IMG/VR virus record: IMGVR_UViG_3300034378_000239
Strand: one strand, 5' to 3'
DNA length: 64,000 nucleotides
Source: an uncultured virus (IMG/VR IMGVR_UViG_3300034378_000239)
Taxonomy: Duplodnaviria > Heunggongvirae > Uroviricota > Caudoviricetes
The position numbers and the translations under genes are program-made. Below the pieces are notes generated by a model that ran no database searches, was not told where the DNA came from, and worked only from the letters and a program-made list of their open reading frames with translations. This document shows positions 9,036 through 17,235 of the stretch, one piece after another; positions within the stretch are counted from its first letter, which is position 1; every line of letters starts with the position of its first letter.

Positions 9036-9352
9036 CCACGAAGAAGAGGCACCTCGGACCGTGCCCCAAGTGCACCTGGACGGACATCCATGTTCAGTAC
9101 ATGAAGAAGCTTACGCCGCCCGCGCTCGCCCGGTTTTATTATGACTTCCGGGCGCAGACATCGAGGCCGATTGGATCGAAGTGGAAGCGGCGCCCGCGCA
9201 GCCCGGCACGACCCTGGTGGGCTACTGCGGCAAGACCGGCGAGACGATCCGCGTCTACATCGACAAGGACGGCGAGGCTTGCGATGAGAGCACGGTGAGG
9301 TTCTTGCTCACGAGAGGGGCCTCCTCGAGCCGCGCACACTGAAAGTGGGACC

Positions 9353-9724
9353 ATGCCGCGCAAAAAGAGCCTGTCGCCCCAGTTTTTGTACGACGAGGTC
9401 CTGGGCGCTCTCATCCGGTACAAGCGCGACCAGGCCGGGATCACGCAGCGAGAGCTTTCGGAGCGCCTCCACATGAGCCAGGCCACGCTCAGCCGCGTCG
9501 AGTGCGGCCAGTATTCGTGCCGGATCACGGAGCTTCGCCGGGTCGCGCGAGCCCTTGACACCTACGCGTACAAGCTGCTCGCGGAAACCGACGAGCTTTG
9601 TGCGCGGATCGAGATATTGGTGAAGGGCGCAGGGGTTCACGATGACAAGGGCACGGGCTGGTTCGCGGGCTCCGAGGCCGCGCGGGGCCTGGTGGCCGTG
9701 GTGATGAGCAGGAAGAAGAAGTAA
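9353..9724 (+). CDS. XRE-family HTH transcriptional regulator
   Basis: IRYKRDQAGITQRELSERLHMSQATLSRVECG. Confidence 0.9.
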   Translation: MPRKKSLSPQFLYDEVLGALIRYKRDQAGITQRELSERLHMSQATLSRVECGQYSCRITELRRVARALDTYAYKLLAETDELCARIEILVKGAGVHDDKGTGWFAGSEAARGLVAVVMSRKKK

Positions 9725-9757
9725 GACCATGTACACGTTTTCGGGACCGGTGAGACC

Positions 9758-10021
9758 ATGATAAAAGGCACCTGGGACGTCTACTACGAGGACAAGGAGC
9801 CGGACCGCGACCCGGACCTCCAGCAAGCGCGCGAAAACGACAAGGACGCGCTCGAACGAAGCTCGGACCGCCTCGCGATCGCGTCCGCGATCCCCGGCTG
9901 GGTGGTGTTTCAGGTCGCGGGCCGGGTCACGTGGCTGACCGAGGACATCGCTGGCGTCTTGGCGCGTGACCTCCAGAGGGCGCGAAAAGACGCGCTCGTG
10001 CCGGAAAGGATAGGGCGATGA
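9758..10021 (+). CDS. hypothetical protein
   Basis: ATGA overlap with the next gene. Confidence 0.5.
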   Translation: MIKGTWDVYYEDKEPDRDPDLQQARENDKDALERSSDRLAIASAIPGWVVFQVAGRVTWLTEDIAGVLARDLQRARKDALVPERIGR

Positions 10022-10257
10022 CCCGCTGGAACTATCTAGTGACGATCAAGGTTCAAGGGCCCGATCCGAAGAGGGGGCCGGATCTGAACACCAGCTTAGA
10101 ACTCGAAACCTGGCAGCCTGGCGACGGGTTCGCGGAGGCGCTGGACGCCGTGGTGAAGAAGGCGAACGCTGCCGCTCGCGCGCTCGACGAGGCCGCAGGG
10201 GCGCACCCCGAGGATCGCTCCGCGAACGAAGAGGGACCGGAGCCGGAAAAGCCGTGA
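10018..10257 (+). CDS. hypothetical protein
   Basis: 4-bp overlaps on both sides. Confidence 0.55.
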   Translation: MTRWNYLVTIKVQGPDPKRGPDLNTSLELETWQPGDGFAEALDAVVKKANAAARALDEAAGAHPEDRSANEEGPEPEKP

Positions 10258-10574
10258 AGCCCAGGCGGATCCAGCGCAAACGCACGAAGGGGTGGAAGAT
10301 GCCTCGGGGCGCGGTCTACGTCGGCAGGCCGACGAAGTGGGGAAACCAGTTCTACGAGGGGCATAGCGCCGTGCGGGCGGTGGCAGAGGTCTGCAGGAGC
10401 GAGGTCACGCCCGAGCTGGTCCTACTCGTGTTTCGAAACTGGGTGATGGCACCCGAGCAGCATCGCTTGAGGGAAGAGGCCAGGCGCGAGCTTCGGGGCA
10501 AGCCCCTTGTTTGCTGGTGCGCTCTCGAGCGTCCGTGCCACGCCGACACCTGGCTGGAGATCGCGAATGGCTAG
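10254..10574 (+). CDS. DUF4326-family protein
   Basis: RIQRKRTKGWKMP.GAVYVGRPTKWGN...LRGK.L.CWC...PCHAD. Confidence 0.9.
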   Translation: MKPRRIQRKRTKGWKMPRGAVYVGRPTKWGNQFYEGHSAVRAVAEVCRSEVTPELVLLVFRNWVMAPEQHRLREEARRELRGKPLVCWCALERPCHADTWLEIANG

Positions 10575-10650
10575 GCACTCCCTCGGATGGTTCTATGTTC
10601 CGATGCCCCGCTGGCTGCGCTTTTTGGTCCGCCTGTTCGCGAGGTGAAAG

Positions 10651-10920
10651 ATGCCGAGAAGCTTTCGAGTCTTTCGTGCGCTCACCGAGGTCAGAAGCCA
10701 CGTCGCCGGCCTCGCGGCCGAGCTCCGGACGCTCCGAGCCGAGCGCGACCGCGCCATCGCTCTCGGAAGCCGCCTGGCCAGCGCCCTTCGAGCCGAGATC
10801 GTCGTGTCCGAATCCTCGAAGTGCTCGATCGCGTCCGTTCGGGCCGAAAGCCACGAGGCGCTTTCGGGCTGGACCGCCCAGTTCGGATTGGACAAAAACG
10901 AGGAGGACCAAGGTGCATAG
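10651..10920 (+). CDS. hypothetical protein
   Basis: GAGGTG RBS; operon context. Confidence 0.45.
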   Translation: MPRSFRVFRALTEVRSHVAGLAAELRTLRAERDRAIALGSRLASALRAEIVVSESSKCSIASVRAESHEALSGWTAQFGLDKNEEDQGA

Positions 10921-11186
10921 CTACTGGTCGATCAGAAAGCTCCACATCCTCGTCGGCCTGCGCGAGCTCGAACGGCAGAGGTGCGCGGGGGCCTCGAGCG
11001 AGCTGTTCCCCGACCAGATCCCCGCCGCCAAGTCGCTCTATAACGAAGGCTACGTCTTCGTCAAACGAGTGGGCCGCGGCCGAGGCGGCAAGGGCGGAGG
11101 CACCATGGCCTCGCTCACGCCGAAGGGCCGCGAGACCGTGACCGACATCGTCCGCTTCCTCGAGCACAAAGGCGCCTGAGCACGAA

Positions 11187-11933
11187 ATGCCGACCAGGAT
11201 CGAGTGGGCGACCGAGACATGGTCACCGGTGACCGGCTGCACCAAGGTGAGCCCGGGATGCAAGAATTGCTATGCCCTGCGGATGACGAGGCGCCTTCGG
11301 GGCATGGGCCAAAAGAAGTACGCGCGCGGCCTTACGGTCGCGTGCCACGAAAGCGAGCTCGAAAAGCCGCTTCGGTGGCAAAAGCCGCGGTACGTTTTCG
11401 TGTGCTCGATGTCCGATCTCTTTCACGAGGACGTGCCCGATCCGTTTTTGCAGAAGGTCTTTCGGACCATGGACCTCGGAGGCCCGCTCGGGCACACGTT
11501 CTTCGTGCTCACCAAGCGCGCGAAACGAATGGCCGCGTTTCGCTACGAGGAGACATCCGACGGCCGCTGGCCCCATAACGTGTGGGCCGGGATCACCGCC
11601 GAGAACCAAGAGACCTACGACGACCGCGTGCGGAGCCTCGTCAAAACACCGGCGGTCATCAGATGGGCGAGCCTCGAGCCCCTGCTCGGCCCGATCAGCC
11701 TTCGGGCCACGGGCCGCTTGCACCCGAGCTGGGTCGTGGTCGGGGGTGAGACGGGCCCGGGCGCGAGGCCCATGGACCTCGATTGGGCGAGAGCACTCCG
11801 CGACGAATGTGCGGAGTCGGGGATCCCGTTTTTCTTCAAGCAGCTGGGCGGCCGGACGAAAAAGGGCGGACGCCTGCTCGACGGCAAGATCTGGAACGAA
11901 AGGCCCGGTGTGCTAGGATCCGGGCATGGCTGA
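11187..11933 (+). CDS. phage Gp37/Gp68-family (DUF5131) protein
   Basis: IEWATETWSPVTGCTKVSPGCKNCYA, SMSDLFH, LTKR, SLEPLL, WVVVGGETGPGARPM, PFFFKQ.GG. Confidence 0.95.
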   Translation: MPTRIEWATETWSPVTGCTKVSPGCKNCYALRMTRRLRGMGQKKYARGLTVACHESELEKPLRWQKPRYVFVCSMSDLFHEDVPDPFLQKVFRTMDLGGPLGHTFFVLTKRAKRMAAFRYEETSDGRWPHNVWAGITAENQETYDDRVRSLVKTPAVIRWASLEPLLGPISLRATGRLHPSWVVVGGETGPGARPMDLDWARALRDECAESGIPFFFKQLGGRTKKGGRLLDGKIWNERPGVLGSGHG

Positions 11934-12222
11934 GCAAAAACCGCTCAGGGTCCAGTACCAAAAGCTCTCGCCAAGGTGCCTGTACTGCGAAAGCAAGGTC
12001 ACGATCGTCCGCGTGACGCTCGCGCCGTCGGGCGAGCTCTACATGGCCACGCTCTGCGAGGAGTGCGCAAAAGGCGAGATGACCGCCGAAGTCCGTAGGC
12101 ACGGGCTCACCCACCTCGGCCAAGGCACGTTCGCGGCCGCGGAGTTCGTCTGGAACGTGGTCGAGCACCTCTTTCGTGCCCACCTCGAACCGGCGACGCT
12201 CGTTTCCAATGACCTCAACTGA
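11926..12222 (+). CDS. small CxxC/CxxC zinc-binding protein
   Basis: CLYC...LCEEC. Confidence 0.55.
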   Translation: MAEQKPLRVQYQKLSPRCLYCESKVTIVRVTLAPSGELYMATLCEECAKGEMTAEVRRHGLTHLGQGTFAAAEFVWNVVEHLFRAHLEPATLVSNDLN

Positions 12223-13201
12223 CGCCCTCGTTTTCGCGACCGTCCCGAAAACGGACCTGACGCGCGAGGAAGCCGGCGAGGTCCTCGGCGCATGGCTGCA
12301 AAATCGCGCTCGGGCCACGCGCGAATCCTACCGCCGCGACCTTTGCGATCTGGCCGCGCACCTCGGGGTCTCGGGGCCCGACGAGGCCTTCCGATTTCTT
12401 CTCGGCCTTTCGCCCGAACGCGCCCAGCTCACGGTGCTCCGCTACCTCGGCGCCATGCGTGACCGCGGCGTGTCCGCCGCCACCGCGAAAAGGCGGCTCT
12501 CGACACTCAGGTCGCTTCTGCGGGCCGCGAGAACCGTGGGCCTCATAGGCTGGCAACTCGAGGTCGAAGCGCCCCGCACCGCGCCCAGAGGGCCCGAGGG
12601 CCCGTCGCGGGACGAGATCCGAACGGCGCTCGAAACCATCGAAACATCGTACGAGGGCCGCGAGCAGGCCAGGCTTCGCCTCCTGGTCCGGCTGCTTCTG
12701 GACCTGTCGCTTCGTGCGAGCGAGCCCGGCACCGCGCTTTTCCCCGAAGACGTGGATCTCAAAGGGACCGCAAAGAAGCCGCACGGAGCGATCTGGGTGC
12801 TTCGCAAACGACGCGAGCGCAAGGAGCCCTGGGCGCTTTCGCGCCGTGCTCGCGAGGCCCTCGATGCCTGGCTCCTTTTGCGCGGCGAGGCCCCCGGCCC
12901 CCTGCTTTTGAGCTTCAACCACGGCGGCCAAAGGGCGCTCTCGGCCCGGGTCACGAGAAAGCTCGTGGCGGAGCTCGGGGAGATCGCCCGGGTCAGACTC
13001 TCACCCAACGGCCTCCGCCACGCCGCGAACACGATCGCGATGGCCGAGGGCCAAAAGGCGGGCTACACGCTGGACGAGATCATGCAATACAGCTCCCATC
13101 GCAATCCCCAGACGCTGCTCGCATACAAGGACCGGCTGCGCGATGCCCAGGGCGCCATCGCCGAGCTCGTGAGCGAATGTGCGTCCGGGCTCGAGGAGTA
13201 G
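12209..13201 (+). CDS. tyrosine recombinase/integrase (full length)
   Basis: T.ESYRRDL and SAAT.KRRLSTLRSL N-terminal domain; LRASE, NGLRH, SSH...QTLLAY catalytic motifs. Confidence 0.92.
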   Translation: MTSTDALVFATVPKTDLTREEAGEVLGAWLQNRARATRESYRRDLCDLAAHLGVSGPDEAFRFLLGLSPERAQLTVLRYLGAMRDRGVSAATAKRRLSTLRSLLRAARTVGLIGWQLEVEAPRTAPRGPEGPSRDEIRTALETIETSYEGREQARLRLLVRLLLDLSLRASEPGTALFPEDVDLKGTAKKPHGAIWVLRKRRERKEPWALSRRAREALDAWLLLRGEAPGPLLLSFNHGGQRALSARVTRKLVAELGEIARVRLSPNGLRHAANTIAMAEGQKAGYTLDEIMQYSSHRNPQTLLAYKDRLRDAQGAIAELVSECASGLEE

Positions 13202-13297
13202 TGCCATCAAAGGCGGCGCGAATGCGCTGGTATTCGGCGCGGATCTGGGGTAGAGGTATTCGCAAGGCACGATCCCCCAAAGGAGCATTCGCAAAAC

Positions 13298-13987
13298 ATG
13301 TACAGCGCAAAGACGAGACCAAGGCCGCAAGCGAAAAAGAAAGGACCGCGCACGCTCGGACGTACCGGCGGCGCCCCGAAGGCACCCGAAACCCCGAGCC
13401 CCGCCGAGACGCCCGCGCCGTCGCAGGGCTACGCGCGGTATCGGGAGTCCCGAACCATCGATCCGCCACGCGAGGGCGAGGTCACCGAGGTCCGGGAGAA
13501 AGCGCCCGGGGCCGAGCCCGCGGCCGCGCTCCAGGAGACGAAAGCCGATCCTGCAGCCGCGCCTTCGGACGAGCTCGAACGGCTCAAGACCCAAAACTAC
13601 AACCTCCGCCGCGAGGTCAGCGCGCTCAAGGACGCCTCGGACCGCTTCGAGTGCCCCGAGGGCTACTCGGTCGAGCTCACGAAGACCCAGGTGCCCATAA
13701 AGCGCCCCGAGTCCGGCGGCGAGTCGCCCGGAAACGCGAACATCTATCGCACCGTGGCCAGGCTCGAACGAGACGGCGAGGTCTCGTGGGAAACCGAGCA
13801 CCTCGACAGGACCCAGGCCATCAGAGCGTGCTGGCTGCATGCGCTCGACGCCCAACAGGCGGCCCACGAAAACGAGCTGCTTACGAACGAAAAGGACTTC
13901 GAGCGCCGCCTTGAGCAGCAAAGAAAGACCTTCGAGAGCAAGAAGAAAGCCGAAAAGAAGGGCCCCGCGACCGAGGCCAAGGGGTAA
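13298..13987 (+). CDS. hypothetical protein
   Basis: AAGGAG RBS; coiled-coil stretches. Confidence 0.6.
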   Translation: MYSAKTRPRPQAKKKGPRTLGRTGGAPKAPETPSPAETPAPSQGYARYRESRTIDPPREGEVTEVREKAPGAEPAAALQETKADPAAAPSDELERLKTQNYNLRREVSALKDASDRFECPEGYSVELTKTQVPIKRPESGGESPGNANIYRTVARLERDGEVSWETEHLDRTQAIRACWLHALDAQQAAHENELLTNEKDFERRLEQQRKTFESKKKAEKKGPATEAKG

Positions 13988-13992
13988 AGAAG

Positions 13993-14430
13993 ATGGCTGG
14001 CTCCCCCCTGCTCGGTCCGGACGGCAATCCAGTCGTCGAGATCAGCGGCACCCGGCCCTCGGACAGAAGCAAGCAGAAGAAGTGGAAGATCGGCGAGATC
14101 GAGAGCCCGCCGCTTCCGGGCAACCCCGAGGAACTCAATGCCGCGATGGAGACCGTGTGGAACGGCCCCAAGGGTGTAGCATTCGGGGCGAACATGCTCA
14201 CGCCGCTCGAGGCACTCTGCTTTCAGGCCACGTCGATCTTCGCGAAGAACGTCGAAAAGCGCCTCGCCAAGCTCGAGGAGGACGCCGGCCCGGTCATGCA
14301 GAAAAAGCGGCTCGCGAAGAGACTCGATAACTACGAGGCGCGGATCACCGTGCTCGAGGGCCGGATAAAGGGGCTTCAGAGCCTGGTCAGCGAGCTCGAA
14401 CGCGCGAAAAGGGAAGGGAAAAGCGCGTGA
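13993..14430 (+). CDS. hypothetical coiled-coil protein
   Basis: Operon context. Confidence 0.6.
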   Translation: MAGSPLLGPDGNPVVEISGTRPSDRSKQKKWKIGEIESPPLPGNPEELNAAMETVWNGPKGVAFGANMLTPLEALCFQATSIFAKNVEKRLAKLEEDAGPVMQKKRLAKRLDNYEARITVLEGRIKGLQSLVSELERAKREGKSA

Positions 14431-14684
14431 GAGCCATAGGGCAGCACGCGGTCATCGGCCCGAGGAAGCTGGCATGGGTCTGGCCCGTGGCGTCTTGCAA
14501 GTGGTGCGGCGAACTCGCCGAGGCGATCGGCGTGTTCATGGATCTGCACCTTCACCAGGTCGTGGTCGCATACAGCTGCGCGAAGCACACCGAGAACCTG
14601 GCCGCGCTCATCGACGGGCTTTCGGAGGGCGAGCTCGAGGCGCGCCACAAAAAGGACGCGCCGAGAAAGGAAGAGATGAACTGA
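14427..14684 (+). CDS. small Cys-containing hypothetical protein
   Basis: CKWC...SCAKH; overlaps neighbours. Confidence 0.5.
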   Translation: MRAIGQHAVIGPRKLAWVWPVASCKWCGELAEAIGVFMDLHLHQVVVAYSCAKHTENLAALIDGLSEGELEARHKKDAPRKEEMN

Positions 14685-14947
14685 TGGCGGACGAGATCGA
14701 AAACAGCGACGACACCGAGACGGTCTCGGGGCTCCGAACCGATGACGACGGGGTCCAGACCCACGACCTCGAGCTCCGACCGGTGAGGCAGAATGTGCCG
14801 TGCTCCGAGACCTGCTGCGAGCGCACGGCCAGGCTCGAGGTCAACGGGGCGCCGCTTTGTGACGTGTGCCTTCAGACCAAGCTCGGCCCCACGCGGATCT
14901 TCATCGGCATGTCCGCGCCGATCCCGGACAGCGGCAAGCCCTGCTAG
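14684..14947 (+). CDS. small zinc-finger-like protein (start MADEIE)
   Basis: TGATG coupling; CSETCC...LCDVC. Confidence 0.5.
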   Translation: MADEIENSDDTETVSGLRTDDDGVQTHDLELRPVRQNVPCSETCCERTARLEVNGAPLCDVCLQTKLGPTRIFIGMSAPIPDSGKPC

Positions 14948-15077
14948 CCGCAGGGCGATCCCCAAGGGGACCCCATCGGTTGCGGGGGTGGACAGGAGCG
15001 ATCCTTGGGGCTCAAATGCGGGCCTCGCACCCGCCCGGGGGCTTTCGCTCCGCTGTTCATTCCTAACCCTGTCGAGC

Positions 15078-15302
15078 TCAGACGCCGGCCCAGCGCCAGT
15101 CGAACTCGGCGAGCGCTGCTTCGCCCAGCTCGGTGAGGACCCACCGCCCCTCGTAATCCGTCACGAGGGGCTCAGGGCATCCGGGATGGTACCCGAGCAG
15201 CACGGGGTGAGGCACGAACTCGCGGCCGCGTCCGACCTTTTGGAGGCTCCGGCGGGCTCGGTAGGAGAGAAGGGGGATGATGTTTTCAATCTTGGTGTTC
15301 AT
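15078..15302 (-). CDS. hypothetical protein, winged-helix-like end (WVLTELG)
   Basis: GGAGGT RBS; 5' part duplicated near 17.0-17.1 kb. Confidence 0.5.
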   Translation of the reverse strand: MNTKIENIIPLLSYRARRSLQKVGRGREFVPHPVLLGYHPGCPEPLVTDYEGRWVLTELGEAALAEFDWRWAGV

Positions 15303-15417
15303 ACCCCTACCTCCGGTGAGCACCCCGAAGAGGCTCACGGGGCGCGCAAAAACCTCCTACATGTAGGTGGGGGCCTCATTTCATCTCGAAAAAGAGGAAC
15401 CGGCCCGGTCCCACCCT
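15198..15417. repeat. 220-bp direct repeat copy 1
   Basis: Nearly identical to 16996-17215. Confidence 0.95.
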
Positions 15418-15701
15418 CTTGCGGCCAGCGGAGGTAGCGGTGACCCACCAAGGCCCTCGACGATGGCTCCCCGCCTTCGCTCTCCAGAGGACACACACGA
15501 GGCTCCTGGGAACCAATCGCCCCGGGACGACGACCCTCGGCTTCCGAGTACAAAGCCAGCGACCAAGACCAAGGCGCCTGAGATGCGCCCCACCCGCGTC
15601 CCCTTCCTGAAGCTGATCGACGGCGGCGACTCGACGGATGGACCAAAAAATGGGAAATAGGCCGATTTTCATGCTGGGCTATTTCACCCACCACCCACTG
15701 A

Positions 15702-16295
15702 ATGGACTTCACGGTCCGCGCGTCGTATCGTGTGGACACGATGGAACAAAACCCGTTCGAAATCGCGCTTCCCACCCCCGACCCAGCGGTTGCTACGGGG
15801 CCTAGCGTTCGCCACCAGGCCCGCTACCGAGTCGCGCAGGCCGCGTATGAGGCCGAGTGCGAGGCTGCATCGCTGTTGCCTACTCACCGTGAGATCAAGG
15901 CCGCGAAGCGGGCCGCTAGGATCCGCCTCGATGAGGCGGTGCGGATCTCCTGCGAGCAGGAGGATCGCGAGATCGCCGAAGCCGCCCGCCGCGAGCACAC
16001 CAAGAGGACTGAGACGATGACACGCACCACCGACACCCCCACGTATCTCAACCATCCTGCCGACTGGCGCGCCCTCGCCGAATGGTGCGAGTGCCGCAAT
16101 ACCAGCGTTCCGGTCGGTTTGGCCATCCACCACGTCGCTCAGCGGCGCGGGCTCGACCCCGACACCGTATGGCACGGCGCTCCGCAGGATGCCGTGGAGG
16201 AGATCATGGAGCGGGCGTGGGCCATGGTCGACCCGAGCGACGGCATACTGCACTGGGGCGAGGAGTCGATGAGCCGCCCCACTGAGGCCGAGTAG
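15702..16295 (+). CDS. hypothetical protein with in-frame internal start at 16017 (MTRTT)
   Basis: Open frame; GAGGA RBS before the ATG at 16017. Confidence 0.5.
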   Translation: MDFTVRASYRVDTMEQNPFEIALPTPDPAVATGPSVRHQARYRVAQAAYEAECEAASLLPTHREIKAAKRAARIRLDEAVRISCEQEDREIAEAARREHTKRTETMTRTTDTPTYLNHPADWRALAEWCECRNTSVPVGLAIHHVAQRRGLDPDTVWHGAPQDAVEEIMERAWAMVDPSDGILHWGEESMSRPTEAE

Positions 16296-16590
16296 CCATG
16301 ACACGCACACGATACATCACGAGACACCATGATGGGCAGGGCATAGGCCCGCTCTCGACAGCTCGCCACACGAGCGAGCGGGCTGCGCGGGCCCGGGCAT
16401 GGCTGGACCAGGAGCCGCTAGCCCCGCCGCAGTAGCCCCGGGGTGCGACTCCCCGGGCGGGGCCCGGCCGAAGAGGCCGAAAAGGAGCACACAACCATGA
16501 CACGCACACGATACATCACGAGACACTATGATGAGGGCACGAGCCCGCTCTCGACAGCTCGCCACACGAGCGAGCGGGCTGCGCGGGCCT
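16296..16590. repeat. ~95-bp duplicated gene start (MTRTRYITRH) at ~16296 and ~16495
   Basis: CCATGACACGCACACGATACATCACGAGACAC...GAGCGAGCGGGCTGCGCGGGCC occurs twice. Confidence 0.9.
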
Positions 16591-16718
16591 GGGCCCGGCG
16601 CGCGCTCGGGTGCGACCGCCTGGCCCCATCCTGGCCAACAACACGGGGCGAGGGCCTCGGCTGCCCGGGCGACGAGGAGGATGCGCCCTGGGTGGAACTT
16701 GAAACGCTGGAGGACTGA
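16497..16718 (+). CDS. hypothetical protein
   Basis: AAGGAG RBS; intact copy of the duplicated start. Confidence 0.55.
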   Translation: MTRTRYITRHYDEGTSPLSTARHTSERAARAWARRALGCDRLAPSWPTTRGEGLGCPGDEEDAPWVELETLED

Positions 16719-16719
16719 A

Positions 16720-17008
16720 CGGAACGTCGCCCCCAAGAAGAACCTGGGCCGGCTGCGGAGCCTGTCCAAGCTAACGAGGGTGTGACATGGCAGGAAAGCG
16801 CAGAAAGAAGACGCCCATCGAGAAGCTTCGGGACATCGACTACGAGCTGCTCGCGAAGATGCAGAAGCATCAGCGCGGTGGCCGCTTCGGCACGACGCTC
16901 TACGGCGACCGCGAGCTCGGCAGGGCGCTGCGGCTGGCCGAGGCCGGCCTCGTGTACGTGCATGGTCCGAGCTGGCGCGGTGGCATGAAGACGTACAGCA
17001 CGGGGTGA
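16720..17008 (+). pseudogene. displaced, inverted fragment of the tag array: orphan ...KKNLGRLRSLSKLTRV* followed by MAGKRRKK... gene running into the 220-bp repeat
   Basis: CTGTCCAAGCTAACGAGGGTGTGACATG at 16762-16789 matches the array junction in opposite orientation. Confidence 0.7.
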
Positions 17009-17215
17009 GGCACGAGCTCGCGGCCGCGTCCGACCTTTTGGAGGCTCCGGCGGGCTCGGTAGGAGAGAAGGAGGATGATGTTTTCAATCTTGGTGCTCAT
17101 ACCCCTACCTCCGGTGAACACCCCGAAGAGGCTCACGGGGCGCGCAAAAACCTCCTACATGTAGGTGGGGGCCTAATTTCATCTCGAAAAAGAGGAACCG
17201 GCCCGGTCCCACCCT
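16996..17215. repeat. 220-bp direct repeat copy 2
   Basis: Nearly identical to 15198-15417. Confidence 0.95.
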
Positions 17216-17235
17216 TCGAGCGGAGCGACCCTCGG

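Noticed and set aside
16528..16785. 85-aa ORF as a genuine tagged gene
   Set aside because: Its 5' part overlaps the better-supported 16497-16718 gene out of frame; only the last ~21 codons look like real tag sequence.
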